Source: an uncultured Methanosarcinales archaeon
Lineage (GTDB): Archaea; Nanobdellota; Nanobdellia; Woesearchaeales; ARS49
Length of the DNA stretch: 24,396 bases
NCBI GenBank assembly: GCA_964472615.1
Contig: CAYYLN010000002.1
Location: 1 to 24,396 of the forward strand
Direction of reading: 5' to 3'
The notes beneath the pieces were generated by a model. That model saw nothing but the letters and a program-made list of their open reading frames with translations, did not search any database and was not told where the DNA came from. Of this stretch, positions 6,658 through 14,240 are shown piece by piece (within the stretch, counting starts at the first letter, position 1; each line of letters begins with the position of its first letter). The position numbers and the translations under genes were made by a program.

Positions 6658-7995
6658 ATGCGCACGGCGATGTTCCTCACACTGATCCTGCTCCTCAGCA
6701 CAACTGCGTCTGCCTTCTCGACGACGAGCATCGTGCAGGGCACTGAGCCGGTCGTGTACGGCGACATTGTCGCATTCCTCACGCTTGAGGACTTTATCGA
6801 TCAAGACTTGAACAGCGACGGCGACCAGGCAGACCGCGTCCTCCAGTATTATGACACCCGCACTGAGAAAGTCACGAACACCGGCAAAGAAGCACGGCAG
6901 CCAGCCCTCTTCGGCAAGATTCTTGCCTTTACCGATGACACGCGCATCCTCCGGCTTTACACTATTGACGACAACAAAGTCATCGAGACAAACGTGCGGG
7001 GCGCATCGCCCTCGCTGTATGCGAAAACCGTCGCGCTCACGACTGCTGAAGAGGACATCGGCATCGACCTCACTGGCGATGAAGACACGCGTGACACCGT
7101 GATCCGGCAGTATGACACGGGCAGTGAGGTCGCTACCAACACCAACGCCGTCGGCGAAAACCCGGTCTTACTCGACGATTTCCTCATCTTCACGACACGC
7201 GAGGACGCCCTCGAGGCAGACCTCAACAATGACGGCGACCGTGACGACACCATCATCCGCGCCATGGATATCGACACCAACCAGATCGTGAACACCCGCG
7301 TCACCGGCACGAATCCTGTCGGCTACAAACACGAGACCATCATCATCACCGACGACAAGAAGTTCTGGACCCTCAACATCCCGAACAGCGAGAAACAACC
7401 GACCGGTGTCTCCGGCAATGATCCGTCGCTCTATCAGGACATGCTCGTCTACGAACGCGATGGCACGCTGATGCTCTATCGTCTCAGCACCGGCGTCGAG
7501 AAATCCCTCGGCATCATGGGCAAGTATCCTGCGCTCTTCGACCATCCCCTTGGCTTTGTGGCCCACAACAAGACCATCGCGGTCCCCAAAGGAGAGGATC
7601 CGGACAATGACTATGTTCCTGATTTCGCAGACAACTGCCCAGACCAGGCGAACGAAAACCAAGCAGATGCAGACAAGGACGGCCTTGGCGACGTATGTGA
7701 TGACACGCCTCTTCCTGAAGAAAAGAAGCCCGAACCTGTCGCTCCACAGGCGACTGCACACGTCACCGAGCCGCCCATCGAGCCCGTGTTCACGACGCAA
7801 GCCGAGCCAGAAACACCTCCTGCGCCAGTTGAACGCAAAGCCATCCCTGACACACTCGCCTTGCAGAAAGAAAAGGACGACCGCGAGCCCACGTACTGGT
7901 TCCTCATCGCGGTCGGGCTTATGGTCATCGGCGTCCTGCTGTATTTCTTCATGCCGCGCTGGCTCCACAAACGCAGAAAAAGCTTTGGGTTTTAA
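6658..7995 (+). CDS. Cell-surface protein (445 aa): signal peptide, three DxNxDGD Ca-binding repeats, thrombospondin type-3-like repeat, Pro/Glu/Thr linker, C-terminal TM anchor
   Basis: MRTAMFLTLILLLSTTASA; DLNSDGDQADRVLQYYD / DLTGDEDTRDTVIRQYD / DLNNDGDRDDTIIRAMD; DPDNDYVPDFADNCPDQANENQADADKDGLGDVCD; WFLIAVGLMVIGVLLYFFM followed by HKRRK. Confidence 0.85.
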   Translation: MRTAMFLTLILLLSTTASAFSTTSIVQGTEPVVYGDIVAFLTLEDFIDQDLNSDGDQADRVLQYYDTRTEKVTNTGKEARQPALFGKILAFTDDTRILRLYTIDDNKVIETNVRGASPSLYAKTVALTTAEEDIGIDLTGDEDTRDTVIRQYDTGSEVATNTNAVGENPVLLDDFLIFTTREDALEADLNNDGDRDDTIIRAMDIDTNQIVNTRVTGTNPVGYKHETIIITDDKKFWTLNIPNSEKQPTGVSGNDPSLYQDMLVYERDGTLMLYRLSTGVEKSLGIMGKYPALFDHPLGFVAHNKTIAVPKGEDPDNDYVPDFADNCPDQANENQADADKDGLGDVCDDTPLPEEKKPEPVAPQATAHVTEPPIEPVFTTQAEPETPPAPVERKAIPDTLALQKEKDDREPTYWFLIAVGLMVIGVLLYFFMPRWLHKRRKSFGF

Positions 7996-8933
7996 CGGGC
8001 GCACAAATACGCATGCAGTATTCGGAGACCATCCTCGAGCGATGTGTGCGGCTTCCAGCCCAAGAGCTTCTCTGCCTTGCTCACGTCCGCATACGTCTGT
8101 GAGACATCGCCCTCTCGCCGCGGCTGGGGATTTCTGATAGCATTCTTACCCACGATTTTTTCAAGCGTCTCAATGAATACGTTGAGCTCCACCGGGCTTG
8201 AGTTACCAAGATTGATGATCTCAAACCGCAGATCAGCGTCCGTAGCAGCAAGCACTCCTTCCACGATGTCGTCGATGAACGTGTAATCCCTGCGGCTCGC
8301 GCCATCGCCGTACACCTCAATCGGTTCGCTACGCATAATGCTCCGCATGAATTTGTACGGCGCCATGTCCGGCCGGCCGCGAGGACCATACACGGTGAAG
8401 AACCGCAAGCACGTCGCAGGCAAACCGAATTTTGCATAGGTCCAACACCAGAGTTCTCCCAAGCGCTTTGTCACACCATAGGGGCTGATTTGCGTGTCCG
8501 CAGGGTCAGTCTCGCGGAATGGAACTTCAGCGCGTTCACCATAGACTGAAGAGCTCGAAGCAAAGATGAAATTCTTGACGTTCGACTTCTGGGCAAGATC
8601 AAGCAGAATGGCGGTTCCCGTGACATTCCCATCATAATAGAGCTTGGGATTCTTGAGCGAAGGACGCACTCCTGCGCGCGCAGCAAGATGGATGACTTTG
8701 TCCGGTTGTTCTTTCGTGAAGGTGCATTGCATCCCGGCTTCATGCGTAATATCCGCCTCGCAGAGATCAAACGACCTATGGCCTACTATTCCTGCAATGT
8801 TGTCACGCTTGATGCGAGGATCATAATAGTCATTGAAGTTGTCGACCCCGACAACGCAATCGCCGCGCTTCAGCAACGCCTCACAGACGTGGCTGCCGAT
8901 GAATCCCGCAGCACCAGTCACGAGGTATTTCAT
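7992..8933 (-). CDS. NAD-dependent NDP-sugar epimerase/dehydratase (UDP-glucuronate 4-epimerase/WcaG-like SDR)
   Basis: VTGAAGFIGSH, HLAARAGVRPS, ASSSSVYG, YGVTK, LRFFTVYGPRGRPDMA, RDYTFIDDIVEG. Confidence 0.93.
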   Translation of the reverse strand: MKYLVTGAAGFIGSHVCEALLKRGDCVVGVDNFNDYYDPRIKRDNIAGIVGHRSFDLCEADITHEAGMQCTFTKEQPDKVIHLAARAGVRPSLKNPKLYYDGNVTGTAILLDLAQKSNVKNFIFASSSSVYGERAEVPFRETDPADTQISPYGVTKRLGELWCWTYAKFGLPATCLRFFTVYGPRGRPDMAPYKFMRSIMRSEPIEVYGDGASRRDYTFIDDIVEGVLAATDADLRFEIINLGNSSPVELNVFIETLEKIVGKNAIRNPQPRREGDVSQTYADVSKAEKLLGWKPHTSLEDGLRILHAYLCAR

Positions 8934-9078
8934 GTGTCGGAAACCCCTTGCGCGGAAACCACTGGCTTCAGCCTGTTGGAGGAAGCGCGGGGTTTCCGAA
9001 CATGCTCAAGAACCACTTGCCATTTGGCAGCACATTGCTTATTATTCATGCCACTTGCTTTAGCAAGTGGTTCTTGAC
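8934..9078 (+). mobile_element. 145-bp non-autonomous IS200/IS605-type hairpin element, copy 2
   Basis: Differs from 1282..1426 only at the first base and at 9049 (T vs C). Preceded by TTCAT (8929-8933, includes the epimerase start codon), ends TTGAC. Confidence 0.8.
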
Positions 9079-9100
9079 ACATGCGCAAGAATATCTGATT

Positions 9101-9109
9101 CTTATAAAG
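9101..9109 (-). promoter_or_regulatory. Probable TATA box of the epimerase gene, displaced by the insertion
   Basis: TTTATAAG on the minus strand lies ~27 nt from ATG 8933 once the 145-bp element is removed, the same spacing as other promoters in the window. Confidence 0.55.
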
Positions 9110-9227
9110 ATGCGCCATCGCTACGGAAGCTTTATAAACTTCCTGCGGATTTCGCCGAGTAACTTTTGGGGCAGCGCCAACTGCAGTCGGCTGGTCCCAA
9201 AATGCTTACATTTTGGGGTGATTAACC

Positions 9228-9449
9228 TTGGAATCAAGACCATTAGATGCGCTCAATCGCGCTCGGGATAAGAAAGTCATGGTGGAGCTGAAGAACGGCA
9301 AGCAGTTCATCGGCTTGCTCCGCGCATTCGACATCCACATCAATTGCGTGCTCGATGACACTGAAGAACGCGTGGAAGGCAACGTGACGAGAAAGCTCGG
9401 CACCACATTCCTCCGCGGAGACATGATCGTCCTCATCTCACCGCAGTAA
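9228..9449 (+). CDS. lsm: Sm-like (Lsm/SmAP1) RNA-binding protein (73 aa)
   Basis: RPLDAL...VELKNG...GLLRAFDIHINCVL (Sm1) and TFLRGDMIVLISP (Sm2). TTG start after GGGGTGA. Adjacent to rpL37e as is usual in archaea. Confidence 0.95.
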   Translation: MESRPLDALNRARDKKVMVELKNGKQFIGLLRAFDIHINCVLDDTEERVEGNVTRKLGTTFLRGDMIVLISPQ

Positions 9450-9514
9450 CCTCACGAGTTAACTAATTGACTAGGACCTAGTTAACTAGGAAACGAACAA
9501 ACAAGGTAACGAAA

Positions 9515-9676
9515 TTGAAAGGAACCTATTCGATGGGCAAGAGGAGCCGCGGCAGGTCGCACATCATGTGCAGACGCTGCGGCAGGCATAGTTACAATGC
9601 CGCGAAAAAGGTATGCGCGAGCTGCGGCTTCGGCAAGTCTGCCAAGCTGCGCAGCTACAAGTGGCAGACGTTCTAG
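9515..9676 (+). CDS. rpl37e: 50S ribosomal protein L37e (53 aa; not in the ORF track)
   Basis: Translated by hand: (TTG)[52 protein letters not shown]. CxxC...CxxC zinc finger, AAGGT upstream. Confidence 0.95.
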   Translation: MKGTYSMGKRSRGRSHIMCRRCGRHSYNAAKKVCASCGFGKSAKLRSYKWQTF

Positions 9677-9972
9677 ATGTCGAAAACTGCTCTTGACGTA
9701 CCCTGCGGACTTTAGTCCGCCAGAAAGGACGAGCAGTTTTCGAGCATGACTTGACCAACGCTGCTGCGTTGTCATCTCGACAAGCAAAGCTTGTCGACGT
9801 CTCGCCAATCATTAGATTGGCGATGAACTTGAATAACTTTGTTATTCAAGTAACTTGAGAAACGCGGTTTCTCAAGTTCGTCGGAAATCAGCGGATTTCC
9901 GAGACTCAACAACCACGAGCAAATTTTGATGGCGTGTAGTCACGCCACTCGCTTTAGCGAGTGGTTGTTGAC
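9677..9972 (+). mobile_element. 296-bp composite hairpin element related to the 145-bp element, with an internal array of six hairpins
   Basis: Left module TGTCGAAAAC...GCGGAC-TTTA-GTCCGC...GTTTTCGAGCATG; right module TCAACAACCAC...CCACTCGC-TTTA-GCGAGTGGTTGTTGAC. Ends covary with the 145-bp copies. ATGTC occurs at 9677 and 9973. Confidence 0.6.
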
Positions 9973-10184
9973 ATGTCAAAAAGAATGCCTTGTTGTTCCT
10001 CACAATTGCCATTGCACTGGGCTTGCACATTCTCGCTCACCTCTGGCAGGTGTACGGACCAGAACAAGCACGCCTTTAATGGGGTGTTGGCCATAACGCA
10101 GTGCAAGCTTTGCATGCACTCTTCATCTGGTACGAGGCCAAGTAATTCTGCGCTACCTATATATAATAGCCAATTATCCATCAT
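9954..10184 (-). CDS. Possible small Cys-containing protein; last codons contributed by the 296-bp element
   Basis: 76-codon ORF, start uncertain (10184 or 10115). Removing 9677..9972 gives ...ILFDI* with a TAG overlapping the rpL37e stop. Confidence 0.35.
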   Translation of the reverse strand: MMDNWLLYIGSAELLGLVPDEECMQSLHCVMANTPLKACLFWSVHLPEVSENVQAQCNGNCEEQQGILFDMSTTTR

Positions 10185-10194
10185 TTAACTTTTC

Positions 10195-10278
10195 GCGGCT
10201 GTGCCGGAGTGGCCAAACGGGGCAGGCTTAGGACCTGCTGGCTTAGTGCCTTCCAAGGTTCGAATCCTTGCGGCCGCA
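10195..10278 (+). tRNA. trnL: tRNA-Leu (anticodon TAG), CCA not encoded
   Basis: Acceptor GCGGCTG/CGGCCGC, D-loop AGTGGCCAAA, anticodon arm GCAGG-CTTAGGA-CCTGC, long variable arm, T arm CAAGG-TTCGAAT-CCTTG. TATATATAA at ~10158-10166. Confidence 0.97.
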
Positions 10279-10334
10279 TGAGCTTAGCAAATGCGACGCA
10301 AGGCCAATCAACGAGTGTAGCGAAGTTGACGCTG

Positions 10335-10348
10335 CCTTGCGGCCGCAT
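10335..10348 (+). repeat. 14-bp direct repeat of the tRNA-Leu 3' end (CCTTGCGGCCGCAT)
   Basis: Identical to 10266..10279, 69 bp downstream. Confidence 0.75.
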
Positions 10349-10811
10349 TAATTCTTATGAGATAAAGCGCTATCTGGATTCGATGCCTATGGCGCAGGTG
10401 TTGCCGACAGTGCCTGAACAAGGTACATCAGATACCTTGCATTTTCATCGAGTTATCCTCTATAAAAAGCAAAACAGTATACTGCTATGATCCTGAAATC
10501 TGGACGATTCGTCTAGTGCCATTAGCAAGTGACACTGCCCTGTAATGCCAGAAATCTGGCATTATAGACTGAGTCGGTATTTTCCCGACGACTAAGTGAG
10601 GGTGATTTGCGAAAAATTTATAAAAAAAGTTGGTAAACTCTAGGGCGACAGTCAGTGCCATCGTATGGCTGGCTGGAAATAGGAGAACGTGTATGCTCAG
10701 TCATATATGTTCGTATGTGTAAAAACTTATATAGCCGCGCCAAAGACAGGCGCAGAAATAAGTCTTTACGAACTGTAAAGATTAGCCAAAAAACACGGAG
10801 GTGTTTGATAG

Positions 10812-13364
10812 ATGAAAGCAATACAAGCGATTAAGAAGATGGTTGCTCTTGGCATGGGCGTTACCATGGTGGGTGCAACAATCTTTGGTGCTTCGGCAGT
10901 TCAATTGTCTGACTGGCCTGCGCCATTTGTCGTTGATGGAACGCCTGCTTCTAACCTGGCCGTTGTGGTCGGTGATGCAGCAGACGCTATTGACGTCGTC
11001 GGCATGGGCGACATTGTCGCAGCACTGCAAGGAGCTTCCGTGGTCAAGACGACCACAGGTGGTGGCGGTGGCACAGGCGTCGTTGTTGAAGGCGACGCTG
11101 TGGAAATCGGCAGCACTTCGGACTTGCTCGAGATCAACGAAACAATTGGTAACGTTCGTGAAACCCTCACTGAAGTCGACCTTGACATGCTGAAAGGCGG
11201 TCAGATCGTGACTGATGAGGGTTCGACCGAGTACAACCAGTACTTGAGATTCGTAGGAACATCCGGTGCCACTACGACTGGTGAAGCATACCCACCGAAC
11301 GGAGCAGTCTTGTTTGCAGAGGACGAGCGAGACCGTGTGGGACACTACCTTCGCTGGAACGGCGGAAACCGAACCTTTGAATGGGAGCTTGAGTTCGAAG
11401 AAGGACTTGAGTCTGAAACCCAAGGCGATGACCTGGTCGACCTCGAGGACGAGGACATTATCATGCTGGGCCAGCCCTTTGTGATTGTTGACACAGACCT
11501 CCGAAACGCAACCATGGAATTGACCATCGAGCTGATGGGCGGAGCCATCTCTGCAATCCTTGGCGAAAACGACAAGGAAACGTATGTCGTTGACGGCAAG
11601 GAATACGAAGTCGAGGTTCTCGTGATTTCCGAAACCGCCAAGGACGGAGAAGGAGCCGTAAAGTTCCGCGTCAACGGCGAAATCACTGACGAACTCGAAG
11701 ACGGAGAGACTGACGTGCTCGCAGACGGAACCCAAATCGGTATCCGCGACATCCTTGCCACGGGTAAGGACATCCAAAAGAGCATCGTGCAGTTCTACAT
11801 TGGCGCGTACAAGGTGGAATTCAACGACGATGCTGACGAAACCGCCTTTAGGAGAGGAGGAACAGAAGTGAATGAAGAGACCATCGAGGACTCGCAAGTG
11901 CAGCTTGTTGCTGCATTCACTGATGCGCCGACAAACCGGAAGGTAGAGATCAGCAGCATCATCTACCGGCTGGATGCTGATGCGGTCTTGGGAGATGTTT
12001 ACATCCCGCCAGGAAGCGGCTTGCGTGAACAGCTCGACGAACCAGAAGGCATGTTGACGCCGTTCTGGGACATCCGCTACGAAGGATTGATGGACACCGG
12101 CGTGACCATCGTCCGTGTTGATGCAGCAGGTGATGACGAGTATGACCTTGAATTCACCAACCAGGAAGGCATCTTTTACGACGTGCCGCTGGCAAGCAAC
12201 GAAGGCACCTTCTACAAGTTCGGTGACGACGATGACGACCTGTGGTTCATTGAAAGCGACAGGCACATTATTTCAGATGACGACTTTTTCGTCCTGAGCG
12301 ACTGCCTTGTCGCTGCGAACGACAACACGTGTTTCACCCACGTCCTCAGGTTTGACAGCATTGATGCTGCAAACAGGGGATTGACCTTCACCGACCTTGG
12401 AACAGGCACGCGTGAAGTCACCTATACTGCTGCTGGAGCAGCGAACCTGGTTGTGGGCGGACTCACGTACGCAGTCAACGTAAACACTGCCACAAACACG
12501 TCCATCTCTGTCGACCTGAACGCTGACGGCACCCGAGACAACACCTCGAAAGTCTTCATCGGCATCCAGGGCGAGGGTATCATTGACCTTGCGGTCAATG
12601 GAACGTTTAACGGCAGTCAGTATGGTCTCTTCCACCAGCTGGCAAACGTGACGCCGTTCAACATCACGCGAATTGATGGAGACGTGTTCGTCATGAACTT
12701 GTCGACCATGACCAAGGAATTCGACGCGGCAACAACGCGTGAAAACATTATCTGGGAAATCATAAGGCGAACCAACAATCAGATTGGCATCCAGCTAATC
12801 AGCGGACCGAACGGAGGCCTCTTTGGCCCATTCGACCTCGAAGAGAACGAGGACCTTGAACAGGCATTGTCCGTCTATGGTGTCTTCCTGGAGCTGTTCG
12901 ACCCAACCACCAGCACCGAGGCAGAAGACCTCACGATTGAGTACCCGCTCTCGCAGCGTGGCGCTCGTGTGTTCGTGACCGGTGGCCTTGTCAGCACGAC
13001 GGCAGTCGAAAGCGGCACGAATGAACGTGTCCAAGCATTGCCGGTTGGCGTAAGCAAGCTGGCGAGCGAAGTGGCTGACGTCACGCAGTTCAACGCCATT
13101 GTTGTTGGCGGTCCTTGCGCGAACCCCATTGCAGCACAGCTCATGGGCAACCCTGAGCCCTGCTGGGAATCAATCAGCAAGGCAGTGGTCAAGGTGTACG
13201 AGCACTCCAACGGTAACGTTGCGATGCTCGTGGCCGGCCGAAGTGGTCAAGACACGCGACGTGCAGCCCGTGCGGTTGCGACTGGCCAGATTGCCAGCGT
13301 GAACAGCAAGGAAGCTGAAGTCAGTGGCACGACCATGACTGATATCATGGTGAAGGCGGTTTAA
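10812..13364 (+). CDS. S-layer protein (850 aa; Methanococcales-type N- and C-terminal S-layer domains)
   Basis: MKAIQAIKKMVALGMGVTMVGATIFGASA signal; LSDWPAPFV, VVVGDAADAIDVVG; C-terminal NAIVVGGPCANPIAAQL...LVAGRSGQDTRRAA. Very acidic, several N-x-S/T sequons, SD GGAGGTG at 10797-10803. Confidence 0.88.
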   Translation: MKAIQAIKKMVALGMGVTMVGATIFGASAVQLSDWPAPFVVDGTPASNLAVVVGDAADAIDVVGMGDIVAALQGASVVKTTTGGGGGTGVVVEGDAVEIGSTSDLLEINETIGNVRETLTEVDLDMLKGGQIVTDEGSTEYNQYLRFVGTSGATTTGEAYPPNGAVLFAEDERDRVGHYLRWNGGNRTFEWELEFEEGLESETQGDDLVDLEDEDIIMLGQPFVIVDTDLRNATMELTIELMGGAISAILGENDKETYVVDGKEYEVEVLVISETAKDGEGAVKFRVNGEITDELEDGETDVLADGTQIGIRDILATGKDIQKSIVQFYIGAYKVEFNDDADETAFRRGGTEVNEETIEDSQVQLVAAFTDAPTNRKVEISSIIYRLDADAVLGDVYIPPGSGLREQLDEPEGMLTPFWDIRYEGLMDTGVTIVRVDAAGDDEYDLEFTNQEGIFYDVPLASNEGTFYKFGDDDDDLWFIESDRHIISDDDFFVLSDCLVAANDNTCFTHVLRFDSIDAANRGLTFTDLGTGTREVTYTAAGAANLVVGGLTYAVNVNTATNTSISVDLNADGTRDNTSKVFIGIQGEGIIDLAVNGTFNGSQYGLFHQLANVTPFNITRIDGDVFVMNLSTMTKEFDAATTRENIIWEIIRRTNNQIGIQLISGPNGGLFGPFDLEENEDLEQALSVYGVFLELFDPTTSTEAEDLTIEYPLSQRGARVFVTGGLVSTTAVESGTNERVQALPVGVSKLASEVADVTQFNAIVVGGPCANPIAAQLMGNPEPCWESISKAVVKVYEHSNGNVAMLVAGRSGQDTRRAARAVATGQIASVNSKEAEVSGTTMTDIMVKAV

Positions 13365-13375
13365 GGCCTTCCCAA

Positions 13376-13400
13376 TTTTTTCTTTTTATTCTTTTTTCTT
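13376..13400 (+). terminator. Oligo(T) archaeal terminator
   Basis: TTTTTTCTTTTTATTCTTTTTTCTT 12 nt after the S-layer stop. Confidence 0.75.
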
Positions 13401-13556
13401 CTCCATTGTCTGTTCTTTCCCTACTGGGCAACTTGGACGGTAGGAATACAAGAGAGGCAGCGTCAACACTCGTGAATCGTTCATTCACACGTGTTGACTG
13501 GTCTCTTTTTTATGATGTGTATACCCAAGAGTGAGCATAAAAAGAGGTGAACTTTC

Positions 13557-14234
13557 ATGGCATTTCAGCAGTTTTTGAGCAATATCGGCGCGTCCGTCGT
13601 GGACCCCTTTGTGAGCATCTGGTATTGGCTCGTCAAGGCCGTGCCTGACGTCATCGCGGCCATTGTGATACTCGTCGTTGGATACCTTGTGGCACTGGCA
13701 GTTTCTACAATCCTGGAAAACGTGCTCAACCGCATCAAGTTCGACGAATGGGTCTTCAAAAAGACCAACCTGTCGCACGCGATCGGCACCTTTGACCTCA
13801 CCCGCTTCCTGGGCGTGGTCACCAAGTGGTACGTCATCGTGCTCTTCCTCGGCGCCACAGCCGCACGGATTCAATTGGAGACCCTGGCAACATTCCTGTC
13901 TGCGCTCTCGCTCTGGATACCGCAAGTCATCGTGGCAGTCGTGATGGGCCTGATCGGTATCATGGCAGGCATGTACGTGGAGAAGAAAATCACTGAGACT
14001 CGCGCCAAGGGCGCTAAGGTCGTGGCAATGATTGCCAAGTGGGTCATCTACGTCTTCACCGTGCTTATCGTGCTCAGCCAGATTGGTGTAAAGGTCGTTC
14101 TCGCAGAGAACAGCTTCCTCATCATCCTGTCAGGCGCAGTGTTGATGCTTGCGCTGATGCTCGGCATCAGCTTCGGACTGGGCTTCAGGGAAGAGGCGAA
14201 GAAGATCATCACTGACGTCAAGCGCAAGCTGTAA
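13557..14234 (+). CDS. Multi-pass membrane protein, CmpX / conserved TM-helix (MscS-related) family (225 aa)
   Basis: PDVIAAIVILVVGYLVA...LNRIKFDEW, LWIPQVIVAVV, LALMLGISFGLG. About five hydrophobic helices; SD GAGGTGA. Confidence 0.75.
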   Translation: MAFQQFLSNIGASVVDPFVSIWYWLVKAVPDVIAAIVILVVGYLVALAVSTILENVLNRIKFDEWVFKKTNLSHAIGTFDLTRFLGVVTKWYVIVLFLGATAARIQLETLATFLSALSLWIPQVIVAVVMGLIGIMAGMYVEKKITETRAKGAKVVAMIAKWVIYVFTVLIVLSQIGVKVVLAENSFLIILSGAVLMLALMLGISFGLGFREEAKKIITDVKRKL

Positions 14235-14240
14235 ACGCCA

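Noticed and set aside
7540-7595. Possible miscalled patch in the surface protein (DHPLGFVAHNKTIAVPK)
   Set aside because: The frame is intact and I have no homologue to show that the residues are wrong.
9457-9490. Repeated AGTTAACTA and CTAGG-A-CCTAG palindromes between lsm and rpl37e
   Set aside because: Short and AT-rich with no second occurrence in the window; cannot be distinguished from chance or a local duplication.
9746-9902. Hairpin array as a CRISPR array
   Set aside because: No identical direct repeats alternating with unique spacers, and no cas genes; the units are distinct palindromes.
9972-10143. Hydrophobic plus-strand frame (VKKNALLFLTIAIALGLHIL...) resembling a membrane protein
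   Set aside because: No start codon, an internal TAA, and it is the in-register antisense shadow of the E/Q/N-rich minus-strand ORF.
10782-12266. 494-aa minus-strand ORF and other long antisense ORFs (e.g. 7168..8004, 2573..3022, 3821..4411, 17150..17635)
   Set aside because: They lie opposite well-supported genes with strong codon bias, and have no motifs or start signals.
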